Shown here piece by piece: positions 31,601-46,600 of a stretch of 64,000 bases of DNA. Source of the stretch: Callorhinchus milii (lineage: Eukaryota); contig NW_024704742.1 of assembly GCF_018977255.1 (NCBI RefSeq), forward strand, positions 58,158,001-58,222,000. Direction: 5' to 3'. A model generated the notes under the pieces. It did not search any database and was not told the origin of the DNA. It saw only the letters and a program-made list of their open reading frames with translations. The position numbers were made by a program, and so were the translations under genes. Positions within the stretch are counted from its first letter, which is position 1. The number at the start of each line of letters is the position of its first letter.

Positions 31601-34600
31601 CAAATATACAGTCAATTCACTTTACAGTGTGTTCTGTGAAGCGCTTTGGGACATCTAGAAGACGTGAAGAGCGCTATATCAAATGCAAGGATTATTATTA
31701 TTATTAATCCTCACGCCATCTTAGTTGCCATTCCACATGACTTTTAGCTGGAAGAATGATGTGGCTCTCCTGTCTATGGCTCATGTGACCGTTCTTCACA
31801 TGTAAGTGTAGATAGCAAGTGTCATTTTCCGCTTCAGTTCTGTCCTCTCCCAGTAATCACACACATACTGTTCTCAGTCTAGTATAACTACCAATGCTCA
31901 AGTTGAGAGCTTCTAGCTGAGGAGAAGCCAGTGGTCAAACTTGGGACCTTAGTGGTCTGTGCGGCTCAATACCATACCAGTGAATACATTTAACCAATTA
32001 ATTACTTGGAGGGCAGAATCACTCAGCACATATTTAGTTATGGAAATAATGTGCTGCACATTTAATAATAATATTAATAATCCTTGCATCTGATATAGTG
32101 CTTTTCACGTCTTCAAGTCTCAAAGCACTTCACAGAATATGCTGTAAAGTGAATTGACTGTATATTTGTGGGCGAAACGAGGCAGCCAATTGCGCACAGT
32201 TCTATTTACAGTTCGCGGTATATAATTAAATGGGCACTTCATTTAAATTGGATATGCCATTATACATCTGAACAATAGGCCATATTCATCTCAGCTATTC
32301 ATAATTGATTGGGATCTACGGTATCTCTTTTCCTGCCAATATTAGGTGATTTTATTGTATTCAAAATCAGTCACCCAGTGAAATTTATGGCATGCTTGGG
32401 CTAATTTAAACTTATCTCTCAGAAAAGAGATTATTGCAATGGAATTGAAGTCTGTGAATTTAAAAATGTATACATTTACGATTAAATATAAGCTCTTAAT
32501 GAAAGTAGAATAGTTATTTATAATGTGGTTCTATAAAATGTGAAACTACTACTTTGTTAGTTCATGCTTTGAGACAATTCTTTTTTTGGTCAGCCGAGTG
32601 TCTGACATATGCGCAAACCCATCCCCCATTCTTAAGAGTAACCAAACCAAACTGAGAATTCCATGCATCCCACCCACACATGGAAATTCCAGTGATATTT
32701 GTTGGGATGGAATGTGCACTCTCTCCCTGGAGGGACACAGCCTGTTTACCTAATTCTGGAAAATATTAAGTGCAGGTTGGCAAATAAAAACAGGCTTGGG
32801 GACTCCAGAGTGTGTGTTGGGGTACTGCTGGAGTCTAACCAGCTAAAACCTCATAGGCAGCCATTGAGAGCACTGTCTGGCAAGTTTTCCCATTTGTTGT
32901 TCAGCTAGGACCACCCTACCCGTTAGGGCTTTGGCTTGCAGAGTTAACTGGAGCAGAGTGGGAAGAGTCCCTGCTCCTCAGTGACTGGTCTGCCCTTTCA
33001 ACCTCTGCGGATGAGCCAGGCTGTCTGTGTTGTCATCAGCATTTACATGAAAAAAGCGCTATGTAGATGTAAATTGTTTATTTGATGGCAAGTGAAACTG
33101 TGAGTAATGAGAAATGCTATCCCATGCAGCTACGCCACACCAATATTTATGAGTACAAGGTCAGCTGGGGAAGGGACGGAATCAATCCATACATTACCAG
33201 ATCTCACTTATACTATGTAGAACGGCTTTGCACCCACTTCCAAAAAACTGTCATCAACCAATTTAACAGGTCAGTGCTTCTGAATTGCTTTTTTTTAACA
33301 GTTATTCAATTCATTGTTGAGGTACAGTAACATACTCTTTGAAGTTGGCATTAGCAATAGTAACTGAATATTATGATGTATTTCTGCCAAGTCTAATATA
33401 AACAATTAAGACGCAGAAATATATTTTTGCCTGAAACAACTATTGATATTTTCAGCAGTTAGTAAACATCTTTACGGTTTAGTTAACAATCATGGGGTCA
33501 CAATTTCACCTTGGCTCTAGATTTGCTCTATAACATAGCATTTCAAAGTGTCCAGTATTTGGCAACTTGTTGAATTCAGTCTTAATTTCAATTAATGTAA
33601 CTTTCTTCAAAGGATTCACAGAAAAAAAATCAAAATTAAAATTATATTTCATAATTTGTCAAATTCTGAACGCTCAGAAATGTTACATTCACAAAATAAA
33701 CCTCGGCCCAGGTAGAATTGTATCCCTTAGTGACGAGGGCATTATTTTCGTAGAATTGTTAACATGATAAGTAAATGAGACAAAGATGTTTCCATATTTA
33801 AATCATTGCCTTTTTGTGCCAAAAGCTTTTATTTGTTATTTAGAAGTTTCATGGTTTGGAAATAATTTTCTATAATGTTCATAGTCTAAAGATGGTGCAG
33901 CCTCATTCATCAATGATGTTACAGGGTAGGTAGGGTACTTTTTAAAAGCCTGGAATTCAGAATTGAGTCAAAAGGTTCCAGTTGTGGAAGGATACTATAT
34001 ATATCCAGGTTGTTGTTATATGGTTTCCCTCCATGCACCCTCTCATTTTGAGAGGTAAGGGAGAGAAGGAATTTTGTATGATCTCTAAACAATGGCAGTT
34101 AAATTGCAAAGTTAGGATCTGTGTAATGGAGGTATATGTTGACAGTTTACGACAACAATAACAAGATTACATTTGTATAGAGCCTTTCATGTTGGGAGGA
34201 CGTCCCAAGCGTTGGACAGAGTACAGCATTTCAGACCCGAGCTGGGTGGGGGGGGAGGGAGGGGAAGGGGGCTGGCCAATGGCATGGTTGAAGAGGAGGG
34301 TTTTAGGGTTAAATTAGGATTAAGACTTGAAGGAGGCTAAGGAGGAAACGAGGCAGAGTAACTGGGGATGGAATTCCAGAGGTTGGGGGAAGAGTGGCTA
34401 AAGGCTCTCCCACCAATGGTGGGGCGGGTGGGTCGGGGACGTGGAGTAGGCCAGAGCCGGCTGAGCGGAGGGAACGGGCGGGTTGGTAGGGGGTTAGGAG
34501 GTCGCAGAGGTAGGGTGGGGCGAGGCCATGGAGGGCTTTGTATGTGAGGACTAGGATCTTGAACTAGATCCTCTGAAGCATAGGGAGCCAATGGAGTTGG

Positions 34601-37600
34601 GCGAGAGTGGGGGAGATGGGGTCACGGAGTTTGGTGCGGGAGAGGACACGGGCTGCAGAGTTCTGGATTATCTGCAGCCTGTGGAGGGAGGAGTTGGGAA
34701 GGCCGACAAGCAGGGAGTTTGCATAGTCGAGCCTGGAGTTGATGAACAAGAGTTTCAGCGGCCTGAGGGGTGAGGTAGTGGCAGAGTCGGGCAATGTTAC
34801 GGAGGTGAGGGAAGGCAGAGCGGGTCATGGCTTGAATGTGGGAGAGAAAAGACAGTTGAGGTTAGATGTTCATCCAAGCCTTCTACAACAATAGAAAAGG
34901 TATGAGAAAAGCAGGGAATTGGAAATAGAGTGGGTTAGTGGAAGGAGGAGCAAGCAGAAATATAAGATCAATAATTCAAATGGTCTCCTTCTAAGCTGTG
35001 ATTTGTATGATTCTACACTCCAAAGCAATTAAAAAGTGATTTTTTTCTCACCTAAGCAATTTGAACCCAGCAATCACAACAACTTGCATTTATATAGCAC
35101 TTTTCACACAGATAACATCTCAGAGCTCTTCACGTTATAATAATAATAATCCTTGCATTTGATATAGCGCTTTTCACGTCGGGAGGACGTCCCAAAGCGC
35201 TTCACAGAACAAACTGTAAAGTGAATTGACTGTATATTTGTGGGCGAACGCGGCAGCCAATTGCGCACAGCAATGTCCCACAAACAGTCGTAGATTGAAA
35301 ATGACCAATTTATTATTATTTGGGGTTTTGGAGGGATTATTATAGAGGAAGGAAGAGGCGAAGGGGAGGTGATGATCAGCACAGATGAAGAGATTGGCTT
35401 TTAGAATAAATTTAAAGACAGATGGGGCAGAGGTGAGATGGATGATGGGTAGGATAAGGGAGTTCCCGAGGTTAGGAGCATAGTCCATGAAGGCTTGCCA
35501 CCATTGGAGGGTGGAGGAGGTATGGGATGCCCGAGTTAGGTGAGAGGAAGGCCCAAGGGGAGGACACTCCACCTTACTAAGCCAATCTGGAACCTTGGCG
35601 TCTTGTTTGACCCACATCTGCGTCATGACCTGCTCTGCCTTCCCCCACCTTCTCAACATCGCCAGGCTCCACCACTGTCTCACACCCCCGAAACCTTCAT
35701 ACATGCTTTCATTACATCGAGGCTCGACTATGCAAACTCATCGCTTGTCGGCCTCCACAACTCCTCCCTCCATAGGCTGCAGATCATCTAGAACTCTGCA
35801 GCCCACATCCTCTCCTGCACCAGGGTCTGTGACCCTAATAACCCCATCGTAGCCCAACTCCACTGGCTTCCCATCACACAGAGGATACAGTTCAAGATCC
35901 TGCTCCTCACCTTAAAAGCCCTCCATTGTCTTGCTCCCCCCTACCTCTGCAACCTCCTAACCCCCTACCATCCTCCTCACTCCCTCTGCTCAGGGGGCTC
36001 CGGCCTGCTTCACGTCCCCCGCTTCGCTCACCCCACTATTGGTGGGTGGGCCTTCTGTCACCCTGAACTCCATTCCGCAGTCCTTCCATCTCGCCCCCTC
36101 CCTCGCCACCTTCAAGACCCACCTCAAGACCCTCCTCTTCAACCATGCTTTCGATCTTCCTGATTCCCCCCTGCCCTTCACACTCCCCAATCCCGACCCC
36201 CAGCTTGGGTCTGAAATTCTCTCTGTCCAGAGCCTTGGGATGTCCTGCCACGTGAAAGGCACTTTACAAATGTAATTTTGTTGTTGATGATGTTTTTGTT
36301 GTATTGAGGTAGGAGAAGATCAGCGAGAAAGGGAGGTGCTGGGTGGGAAGGGTTTCCAAACCTCTATTCTAAACAGAATCAGTTGACAGGATATACTTAA
36401 TCATAAATAGCATTAGCTTGGTATTGTTAATCTGAGAGGTGAAAGGATCAGCTGGTGTTCCAGATCAGGTGTAGCATGTGTTAGATGCAGTTTGTTCCCT
36501 GCACAGTATCCCAATGAAAGCATTTCAGCTCCTTGGCACATCCTCCCGATATGAAAGGTGCTATACAAATGTGATTTTGTGTAGTTATTTTGTATTTGTC
36601 TTTACCACAACACTTTAACCAGAATAATACAAAATAGTACAAAAAAATATTTTCTAACTTTTATATTTAACTTTATTTAAGGTTTATCGGTTCACAGAAA
36701 GTTGAGAGTTCACCAAGTGCAAGAAGATGTGACCTGATTAAGAGCTGGGTTAAGGAAGATACATTGGAACACGTGCAGCACTGTCAGAGGCTGTGAGTCT
36801 TCTTACAGATAATCCACAAAACTCATCAGCAAATTAATAATGCTTGCATTTGATATAGCGCCTTATCACATCATTGAGACATCTCAAAACGCTTCCCAGA
36901 ATATACTGTGAAGTGAATTGACTATATATTTTGTGGGTGAAACGTGGCAGCTAATTGCGCACAGCAGTATCCCACAAACGGTCGTGGATTGAGTTACCAA
37001 ATTATTATTATTTTTATTTATTTACTTTTATGAAAGGATTATTACCCCTAGAAAGTGATTTGTCAATCAACAACAACTGGATTCATACTTAGTGCTAGGT
37101 AAATAGAGGTTTTTGGAGTAAGGAAACGTGCCCTACATTTTGCCCTGCCCAGGAATCAAGCCTGGGTCCTCTCGCTTGCGAGGCAAGTGCTCTAACCAAT
37201 ATGTTATTGTATCACCTTCATACCTAAATTGCTTTCAAATAGAACCTGTCCAGTTTCCATGTAGAGCGGATTAAAATATTCAAAGAAAGCATGAATAGAC
37301 AATACAAATATAGAATTTCTTATGCTGTGTTTGTACGACTGGGAAAAAAAGCCACTTTGCTCCTATGGTTTTAGTGAGGTTAAGCTGGAAGCCCAATTTA
37401 TACAGTACTTTCCACTTTATATCTTTGTGAATTGTAATACCAGCTCCTAATAACGTTAAGAGAGGTCTGTTCATACTTCCTGAACTCTCCGATGGGCCCT
37501 TGTGGTGAATGGTAATTCTGAAATGCTTGTAATTGTTACTGTTCTCTGAGTAAAACATAAACTTACCTTAAAATGTTATACCAACAATTTGTATTTCCAC

Positions 37601-40600
37601 TTTGTTATCCAGATGAAAATCCACATTCAAAATGCTGATTCAGGAATGAATACATAGCAGAGGAAATGTTTCATTGAGAACACAGGGGGCTGAGGAGGAA
37701 GGGGTGTGTTGGAAAGGGATAGACTCTGTAAGAAGTCTGCAATGACTTCTATAATAATTAAGAGGTTTGGTTTTGTTTTGTTAAAGGGCTTCATTTTTCA
37801 TGGGAAGAGAAGCTTGTTTGCTTGACCTGAAGAAATGCCTGCACCATTCAAAACAAAGGCCGATTGTACTCGTTGGGGAAGTGGGATGTGGAAAGAGTGC
37901 TCTCGTGGCTAAGACTTCCCTTCTGGCTTCCGACTGGATCTCAGGGTAGGACATATTTACATCACATAGGCTAATTGATTACACAAACAAAACACATCTT
38001 TACATTTCCAAGAATTAAAAATTCACATCTGCTTGCTGTTGTCCATTGGGTTTGTCTAAAAGTATTGATAACAACATGTTCCAGTAAAGGAAGGGAAATG
38101 AACTGACATTTGTTTTCTCCTAATCCAATTTTCCTTTCTATTTGAAAGTGTGAATTTCATTCTTCCTATTTTCAAGGGATGCCTAAATCTAAACCCAAAA
38201 CATTGGTCTATTTCAATGTGTTGATATGTTTCCATGTGATATAACATTACAAGATCCAAACTTTGCAAAATTGTGTATTTTTACTGTGCTGCACTCGAGT
38301 TTTAAAACTAACATTGTAGGGGAGAAATTTCTCTTGGGTCTATATTTATTCTATTTTCTTAGTATTTCAGAGCTTCCAGAATTTAGCATTTTTAAAATTT
38401 TTTGATAACTTTGAACCTATTTTATTCTGTTATTCTTGAAAGAAACTTAAAGATAACTGGCTTAAAAATTAAAGCTATATTTAAGAATTTGCCAAATTCT
38501 CAGTGTTCTGAAATACTACGAAAATTTAATAAATCTACACCTGAGTGGAATTTTTGCCTCTGTGTGTCTGTTTCAGTGACTTGCGGCAAATCGTTCGTTT
38601 TGTTGGGATCACTGGAGAGAGTAGGGACATTCGTTTGCTTCTCCAGAGCCTGTGCTACCAACTTGCTGAAATGTACAATAAAGAAATACATTTCTCAGAG
38701 GTATTACAAATAACTGGTGAATACAGTTTGACTGGGCTAATTATAGACATTTCTTGTTAATATGTATATTAGATTGGAAATAAATTCTTATGAGATGCAT
38801 ATCAGACAATTGCATTCAGAATGTATTTAATGGGTATATCAAATGACTTTACGTCTATTAAATTGTTTTGGGTCTTGACATACATTCTATAAATGTGATC
38901 TGTTACTAGGACATCTGTGGGATGCTGAATGAGTTTGCTGGACTGCTTGAACTTACAACAGAAGACAAGCCCCTCTTGATCAGTTTGGATGGTTTGCAGG
39001 AATTGTCTGATCATGATGCCCGAAGCCTTTCATGGCTACCACAAAAACTGCCAAAAAATGTCTACTTCATCATTTCCACATCTACTGAGGGTAGTCAGGC
39101 AGCATTAAAGGTAATTCATTAAGTGTGCTAAACAACTGTAAATTGGTTAATGGCTTTTTTGTAGCCTTTTAAATCGATCAATCTGGACTTTGTAATGACT
39201 GCAGCTTTGTTTAAATTTCTAATAATTGGCAATAGTCACAATTCTATCAGATCAGGAAAAGAAGCAATTCATGCTTATATTTACTCTCTGGTTAAACTGC
39301 AGTTTTCCTGAATTATTCAGTTTTTAATGTTTCATCTTTTAGATGGTATCACTAATAAAAGACTTACGAGAATACTAAAAGAGCCTAATTATCAAAAGTA
39401 ACTTTATTACTGTAACATTACCCTAGAAAGCTATAATATGCACATAAAATGAAGCTAAAGAAACTGAGCCTTATCCCATTTGTCTAACTACATACAATTA
39501 TACAGCTATTTTCCTAATTCAAGGGTGCATATGGAGTTAATTTTAGATATAATATAGCTATCACTGAGCCCAATGTCTAGAAAGTGTGCAAAAGTCTTCT
39601 AATCCACTTCATGCTCTATATTTGCCCATTCTGCTTGGCAATTTGGTCACAATGGCAAAGCTGAGACTGATAGTTCAATATGTGGGACAAATCACCATCA
39701 TTCACTCAGCACACCAATAGCCAGAGGTTATAGAATTATTCTTAAGAAATAAGCAATGGTATTAGCAAAATGTTTGTATTGAATTAACAAGAAAGTGAAG
39801 CACATTTGTAATAAACCCTTTTTAAAAAAAACACAGAAGCAGAAGGATGGGAATGTGTTTCATATCCCACCTCTTAGTTCCATTGAAGTAGAGGAAATGA
39901 TCAATCGATGGCTAGAGAAAGATCAACGCAGACTTACAGCTGATCAATGGCATTTACTTCTGGAAGCTTGCTCTGCTTGTCCTATACCTCTCTACCTCCA
40001 GTGTGCATACAGCGAGTCCCTGCGCTGGTGCTCCTCTATCCCAGTCACAGATATATATCTGCCACAACATTTACATCAACTATATTCAGTAATTTTCAGC
40101 AGATTGGAAAAAGAACATGGGGAAGAGCTTGTGAAGAAAGTGGCAGCGTTAGTGACTCTGTCGAGAAATGGCATCACGCTGGATGAAATGACAGATCTCT
40201 TATCTTTGGACCAGTTGGTGATGCAGGAGCTCCACCAATATAAAAATGAATCTCTTTCCAGGGTCCCTCTGGTGATTTGCATTAAGCTACAAAGAGACTT
40301 GAGAGGACACTTGGTAGAACAGAGGACAGACAATACTTATGCATTGAACTGGGCCCATTCAGTGCTGAATCATTTCTGTATAGAAAGGTACCTGATATCC
40401 AAAGAGTCTCAACACATGGTTTTAGCAAACTATTTCCAAGGGAAACAAACAACCATCTCAGGACAGTCAAGCAACTCTGACGAGAAAGAGCTGAATACTC
40501 AACCTCTGGCTTGGGTTGTCGAAAATGATTCTAAAGTGAACTATGTATACAATCAACGCAAATTGAATGGAATTCCTTACCACCTGCTGAAGTCAAATCA

Positions 40601-43600
40601 GGTATCGACCCTGATAACTGACTGTCTTTTTAATTTTGAATTTCTATTACACAAAGCATGGGGCTTGTCCATTACCAGTGTGGAGGAAGACTTAAAAGTA
40701 GCAATGCTAAAGGAGAGGTAAGCTGACAATATCTTTTTGAATTCATTTGCACTCAGGATGAATGAACTTCAAGCTTACAAGTCTACAAATCTCTTCATGC
40801 CATGGCACTTCCCTACCTCTCTAATCTGCTTCCTCTCCACTCCACCACTCGCCACCTCTACTTTGCTGCCTCCAGCCACCTGCTTGTCCCTCATTCCCTC
40901 TGCTCCACCATCAGTGGCCGGGCTTTCAGACATTATGCCCGAAAACTTTGGAACTCACTCCCTCAATCCTTCTGTCTCGCCCCTTTCCTTCATCATTTTC
41001 AGATCACAGCTGAAGACCTTCCTCTTTGACTGTGCTTACAGTCACCTCCCACCTTCTCCCAGCTTAGCATCTAAGCAATTTGAGATGTTACCCGGCGTGA
41101 AAGCTGCTATATAAATGAAAATTGTTGTTGTTAATCAAATTGAGCTCATTATGAGTGGTTGTAAGCGACATAAATCATCCCAGATATCACATAGATTGAC
41201 TGGTCTGCATCCATTTTCTTACCCTGTGATTTTAAAAATTCACCTATAAATATGAGATTATTACACTTTACATAAGCTGGATGTTGTTTTGAGACAATTT
41301 GATGTGATAAGGTGCTATATCAAATACAAAGCTTATTATTTTAAAAATTGTGTTTATATTCTCTAAATAATGTAATGTGAATAAAATGTTTCCTTTTTCA
41401 TTTGTGATTTGTTTTTCAGAATGCATATCTGTGCAGTGGCAAGTTAATAATCAAACAGAAAAGGCTTAAATATTTTATATTTATAACACAGGAATATTAA
41501 GGACTTGAACCTGCTGAGTGAAGCTGTCCAGTTATCCAAAAGAGTCTTGCTTCGAGATCCTGGTCAGTTGGCTTCGCAGCTTTTAGGTCGTCTCCAGCAA
41601 ATTATTGCAGAGGATAAACCAGTGACTCCAGGTAATAAAGAACAGTGATATACACAGACAGTACAATACAAATTTATATTGATATACTCCCTTTCAAGTC
41701 AGAAGAATGTCCCAAAGCACTTAAAAGTACTGGCTAGGTAGTATAACACGCAGCACAATCAGTTCTCTCAACAAACCCAATGAGGAAGTGAAGTTGGAAT
41801 AAAATCATGGATTATGAAATGTGAAGGAATAATAAAATGAGTCAAATACAAATCTTAGATTAAAGCTTCATTCCGACATGTTCTTCTCTCTGCTGCAAGC
41901 GCTCCGATAAACACATATATTAATTATACTAATTATAAAACAAAATTTAGGAGGGCCTTTGTAAATTCTGACATGGCATATGCATTACATTCCCTGCAGA
42001 TGATCCCAGAAAATATCCCTACCTCCTGAGTCTACTCAGTCAGTGCCAGTCGTCAATTCCTTTTCTTGTACCATCGTTCACCTGTCTACTGTCTCCAGGA
42101 GGCTTACTGTATGACACACTGGGAGGTAAGAGGGAATTTATTTCTCGGGCTGTACGGAATATTAAATCTTGGCCTATAAACACATTACTCCCCAGTGGAC
42201 ATAGTTATTTTACAAATCTGAGAGTTGCCCATATGTATGGTCATTTTCTTTTTTCTAGCAGAGGATGTGCACTCTCTCACAAAAATGACTCACCCTGCTT
42301 TTCTAAACCTGGAAAGGTTTGATACTTGTTGATAAGAACCAATATCTTGGTTACCCACGATTAGCACAACTTGCAAATTAGACTTCACAGTATTTCTCTG
42401 GCATAGAGTCTTGTATGTTAAATCTGACACACCTTACGTGTGTTTAAATGTTTATTTTTATTTAAATGCAACTTTTAAATAAGGATCAGATAATTGTACA
42501 GTTCTTGCACAATTGATTATGCAGGTCACACAGACATGATCACAGCAGTAGCAGAAACCCAGAAGAATCTACAAGCGGTCACCGCATCCAGAGATGGGAC
42601 ACTGAAAATATGGGATCTGAATTCCAGCAAAGTGGTACAGACCGTTTATGGAGTCGGAAAAAACATCAACTCCATCACTGTCTGCATGGATAACAGTCTG
42701 GTTGCAGTTACTAAGGACAACTTCCTACAAGTTTGGGAGATTCATTCCGGAAAAGAAATCTTTGCAGTCAACGACTCCTTAGATTCTCCAGTAGTGATAT
42801 CTGCATTGGATGGGCAACTCTTGCTGGCCTTCTACGATGGAAGCCACTGTGTTAGAGTAAGTACATCTCTCAGTGATATAAAGAAGTAGCCCAGCAAAAT
42901 ATTTTTATAGCAATGTCTATTTCAATGTCTCAAAGTGCTTTGCAATAATTATTGTCAACAGTTGATATCAACAATTGAATGTTTTGGAAGGCAAACCCAA
43001 AAGCTTTGCAAAACAAAGGTCCCAAAAATAACCATGAGGTGAAATAACTAATTCATTTAGATCATTGGTGGCTGGGACAATAGCAGAAACTTCCTTCTGT
43101 TTTCGAACATTGTTATGAGATCTTTAACTTCGATTCTAATTATAGGCTGATGGGACCTCAGTTTAATGTCTCATCCAAAAGGCAGTGCTGGCTCTCCTTG
43201 CCCTCCATTGGAGTGTTAACTTAGAATGAGAGCTCAAGACCTTATACGAAATTTGAAGCCATTACCACTAGCAAGAGTGCTACCAAACAAGTCAAGCTGA
43301 CACCCATATGAACCAAGAAGGCAAACAGTTCTGTCAGGCCACCACAACCTTCCACAAAAAGAAACAAAGTTTGCAAAGCAAAAAAAGTGTTAGAACATTT
43401 CCCCAATGTCAAGTGTTATCACTCATTTCAGTCTGGGTATGTTTTTAACATCTGAATTTTTAAACAAATAAAAAATGTCTGCATCTTCTTGTGTTCTTGT
43501 GTGAACAAGACAAGATGAGCTTCCATTCTATTTCATTTCTAAAGAAAACTTTCTTTTAATATTTCATGCAGGATTGTTTTGAGGCTCTCAATCCTGAGGC

Positions 43601-46600
43601 TCAGGAGTACACTCACTGCACTGGCCCAGTGACAAGTGTCAGTGTGGAGGAGATTAGCGAATCGCTTTTTGGGGGTATTAAACCCCCACAAAAAAAATGT
43701 AGTCACTTGATCCACGACTGTTTGTGGGACATTGCTGTTCACAAATGGCTGCTGCATTTCGCCCACAAAATACACAGTCGATCCACTTTACAATGTATCC
43801 TGTGAAGCACTTTGAGACAGACGTCTCAACGACGTGATAAGGCGCTATATCAAGTGCAAGGATTATTATTATTTTTGAAAACCTCTGCCTTCACTGATAA
43901 CATTCCCTTCAAAAACCTATTTGAATCTCAGAGATATTTTAACGATATATTAATTTGAGGCCATTGATTTGAGGAGTCAGCCTGGACTCACTTGAAAGTG
44001 CTATATCAAATACTAAGATTACAATTATTTTATCTGACCTTGAGTATTGTTTCCTCTCTGTGTTGTACTTCCAACTGTTTACTTGCATCAAAGTAAATTT
44101 GTATTCAGTGGAGCAGTGGTGGCCAACCACTTTGGTCAATCAACCAAATAAATATTCTTGATTGAATACTATATTTCTTGATTCATGGCCACACCAGAAA
44201 CATCACCACTCAGTAGCTACTGGAAACAAAGCATTAGTTGAAACAGATTCACCTAGACTAGTGCGAATATTTGGGGGGCCAATTCTTGACAGCCCCACAG
44301 GCCATGGGTTGGCCACCAATGCAGTAGAGTAACGTTACTTTACCCAAGTTCCTCTACCTACAGGACAGCAAGGAAACAATGAACCCTCCTCTCCCTGCTG
44401 ATCAACTGAGTGCTGAGTGCCCAGACCTCAGATAAGATGTTAACAACTGGAAAATGCGTTACCAGTGAAATTGAGTTAAATGCTTACATAATCCAGTACA
44501 GTCAAATTGTTTGTGGTCACTAGGTTACCGGGTTACAGGGTGGTACCTGAAATAATTGATAGGCATCAAATTATGTCATTTTAACCTTCAGCACTTTAGT
44601 GCAATGGGGGGTGGATAACAATTTAAATCACAACTCAGGGGGATAAGATGTATGAATGTTACAATATTTTAAAGCTTTATTGTCCCACAGCTATGGATAT
44701 TAATTTTTCTGATCTACAAGTAGGAGGTAAATAAACTAACATAGAAAATATTTCTGTGATTTTGGCAGGTGTTTGATTTGGTTAACTCCTGCAGTCTGCT
44801 GCACCAGGTGACCATAATCCCAGAGGATGACCCTATACATAAAGATCACTCCATTTTAGTGTCCCAGACTTCGGTGAAAGATTATGTTCTTTTTGCCTAC
44901 AGGTGTGTTTTGGATTTATCTTTTTCTCTTTATTCTCCAGTTCAAAACTAAAGATAAGGTGTTACTTTTTGAGACAGATAATACGATAATTCTATTAATT
45001 AGATAATAAGAAGCTTATTCTGCTGTGTTCCACTTTACTGTCTATGGATGGTTCTAGCAGGCTGTTAGTTATAAATTAGCTGCTGCTAACAGCCAACACG
45101 TGACTATCCTCCTGCGTGCAAACCCTCAAGTGTTCAGTGGTTTGAGATATCCTCCTGACATGAAAGACCTATATGGTATAAATGCAATTTATTGTTGTTG
45201 TTGGATGCATGGAACTTTGGTTTGGTTGGATTGAACTTTGATAAGTTTGGTTTGGGTACTTTTAAGCATGGCAATAGGTTTCCCCGTGGGTCAGACACTT
45301 GTCTGACCACAAAAAAAACTCTAGAGAATCTATCCTGTGACTTTGAAACACTTCGCTTTATTCTCCAAACTAAAGTACATTATCATTATTGGAGACCATC
45401 TTTACCTCTGAGCTTGCTCTTTTCTTCACCACATTATATGGAGCGTTTGGTTTATTTATTCATGCACTGCAAGATTAAGGGAAGAATCTTTAATTCCATC
45501 ATTGTGAACATGGCACACAGCATGGCACACACAGTTAGTGAATGATAGCAAGTCAGGTAATATATGTCCATCAATATGATCATTAGAAGGGCAGTTATCT
45601 TTGTGGAGAAGTGCACTACAGAACAAAAGAAAACCTTTGCTAGGCTGTTATAGCTATCAGTTTTCGGCCATTAGTAAGATTATCGTGGATCTCTGTATTC
45701 TGCTGTGGTAACAGAGACTGTCAGATTAGATCAGCATTGAAGATGGTATTCCATTTGTGTTATTGCTGGAGATCGAATGTGATAACTTCCTATTCACCTA
45801 ACAATTTAACAGTATCCAACAGATGGTATCATATAGTCATGACATAGGGGGTGGGTTGTTGGGGTAGATCTCCAGTAATGTAGATGAACTTTCAAATTAA
45901 CTAATGCTTTCTGTCAAATACACCTGCCCTCCGTTTCAGTGAGTGATGTGTAAAGTGTTTGCTGTTTGTTACTGCAACCATAGTAAACAAACTTTTAAAG
46001 GTAAAAAAAATATATAAACTGCTGCCTTATAGTCTGGTTGGAAAGGAAAGGATCTGTCACAAATCAAAATATAGGACGTAAGAATAGATGGGAAGCTGAA
46101 AGAGATCTAGGAGTATGAGTTGACTCATTAATCACTATGTCAAAACAGTGTGAGAAAGCAATAAGCAAGGCTAACAGGATGCTGTGCTACATTGAGTTGA
46201 GAACAGTTGAGTTAAGCACTCCAGACGTCATACTCAGGCTATAGAATGCTCAGGTCAAATTGCTCCTGGAATATGCAGATAGATCCAGTCACCACAGCAC
46301 AAGTGGAGGGGGATGGCGCCTAAGCCCTGGAGGTGGTGTAAAAGAGAGCAACAAGGGTGATCCCCAAAGTTGGAAGAATTAACTACGAGCAACGATCAGT
46401 GGTTAGAGCGCTCACCTTGCAAGTGAGAGACCTGGGTTCAATTCTCAGCAGAGCGAAACCTTGGGCAAATTTCCTTCTTCCACATGTCTGATAATAATCC
46501 CTCAAGAAAAGCAAAACAATAAAATTGGTCACTTCAGTCCACAACTGTTTGTGGGACACTGCTGTGCGCAATTGGCTGACGCGTTTCGCCCACAAATATA

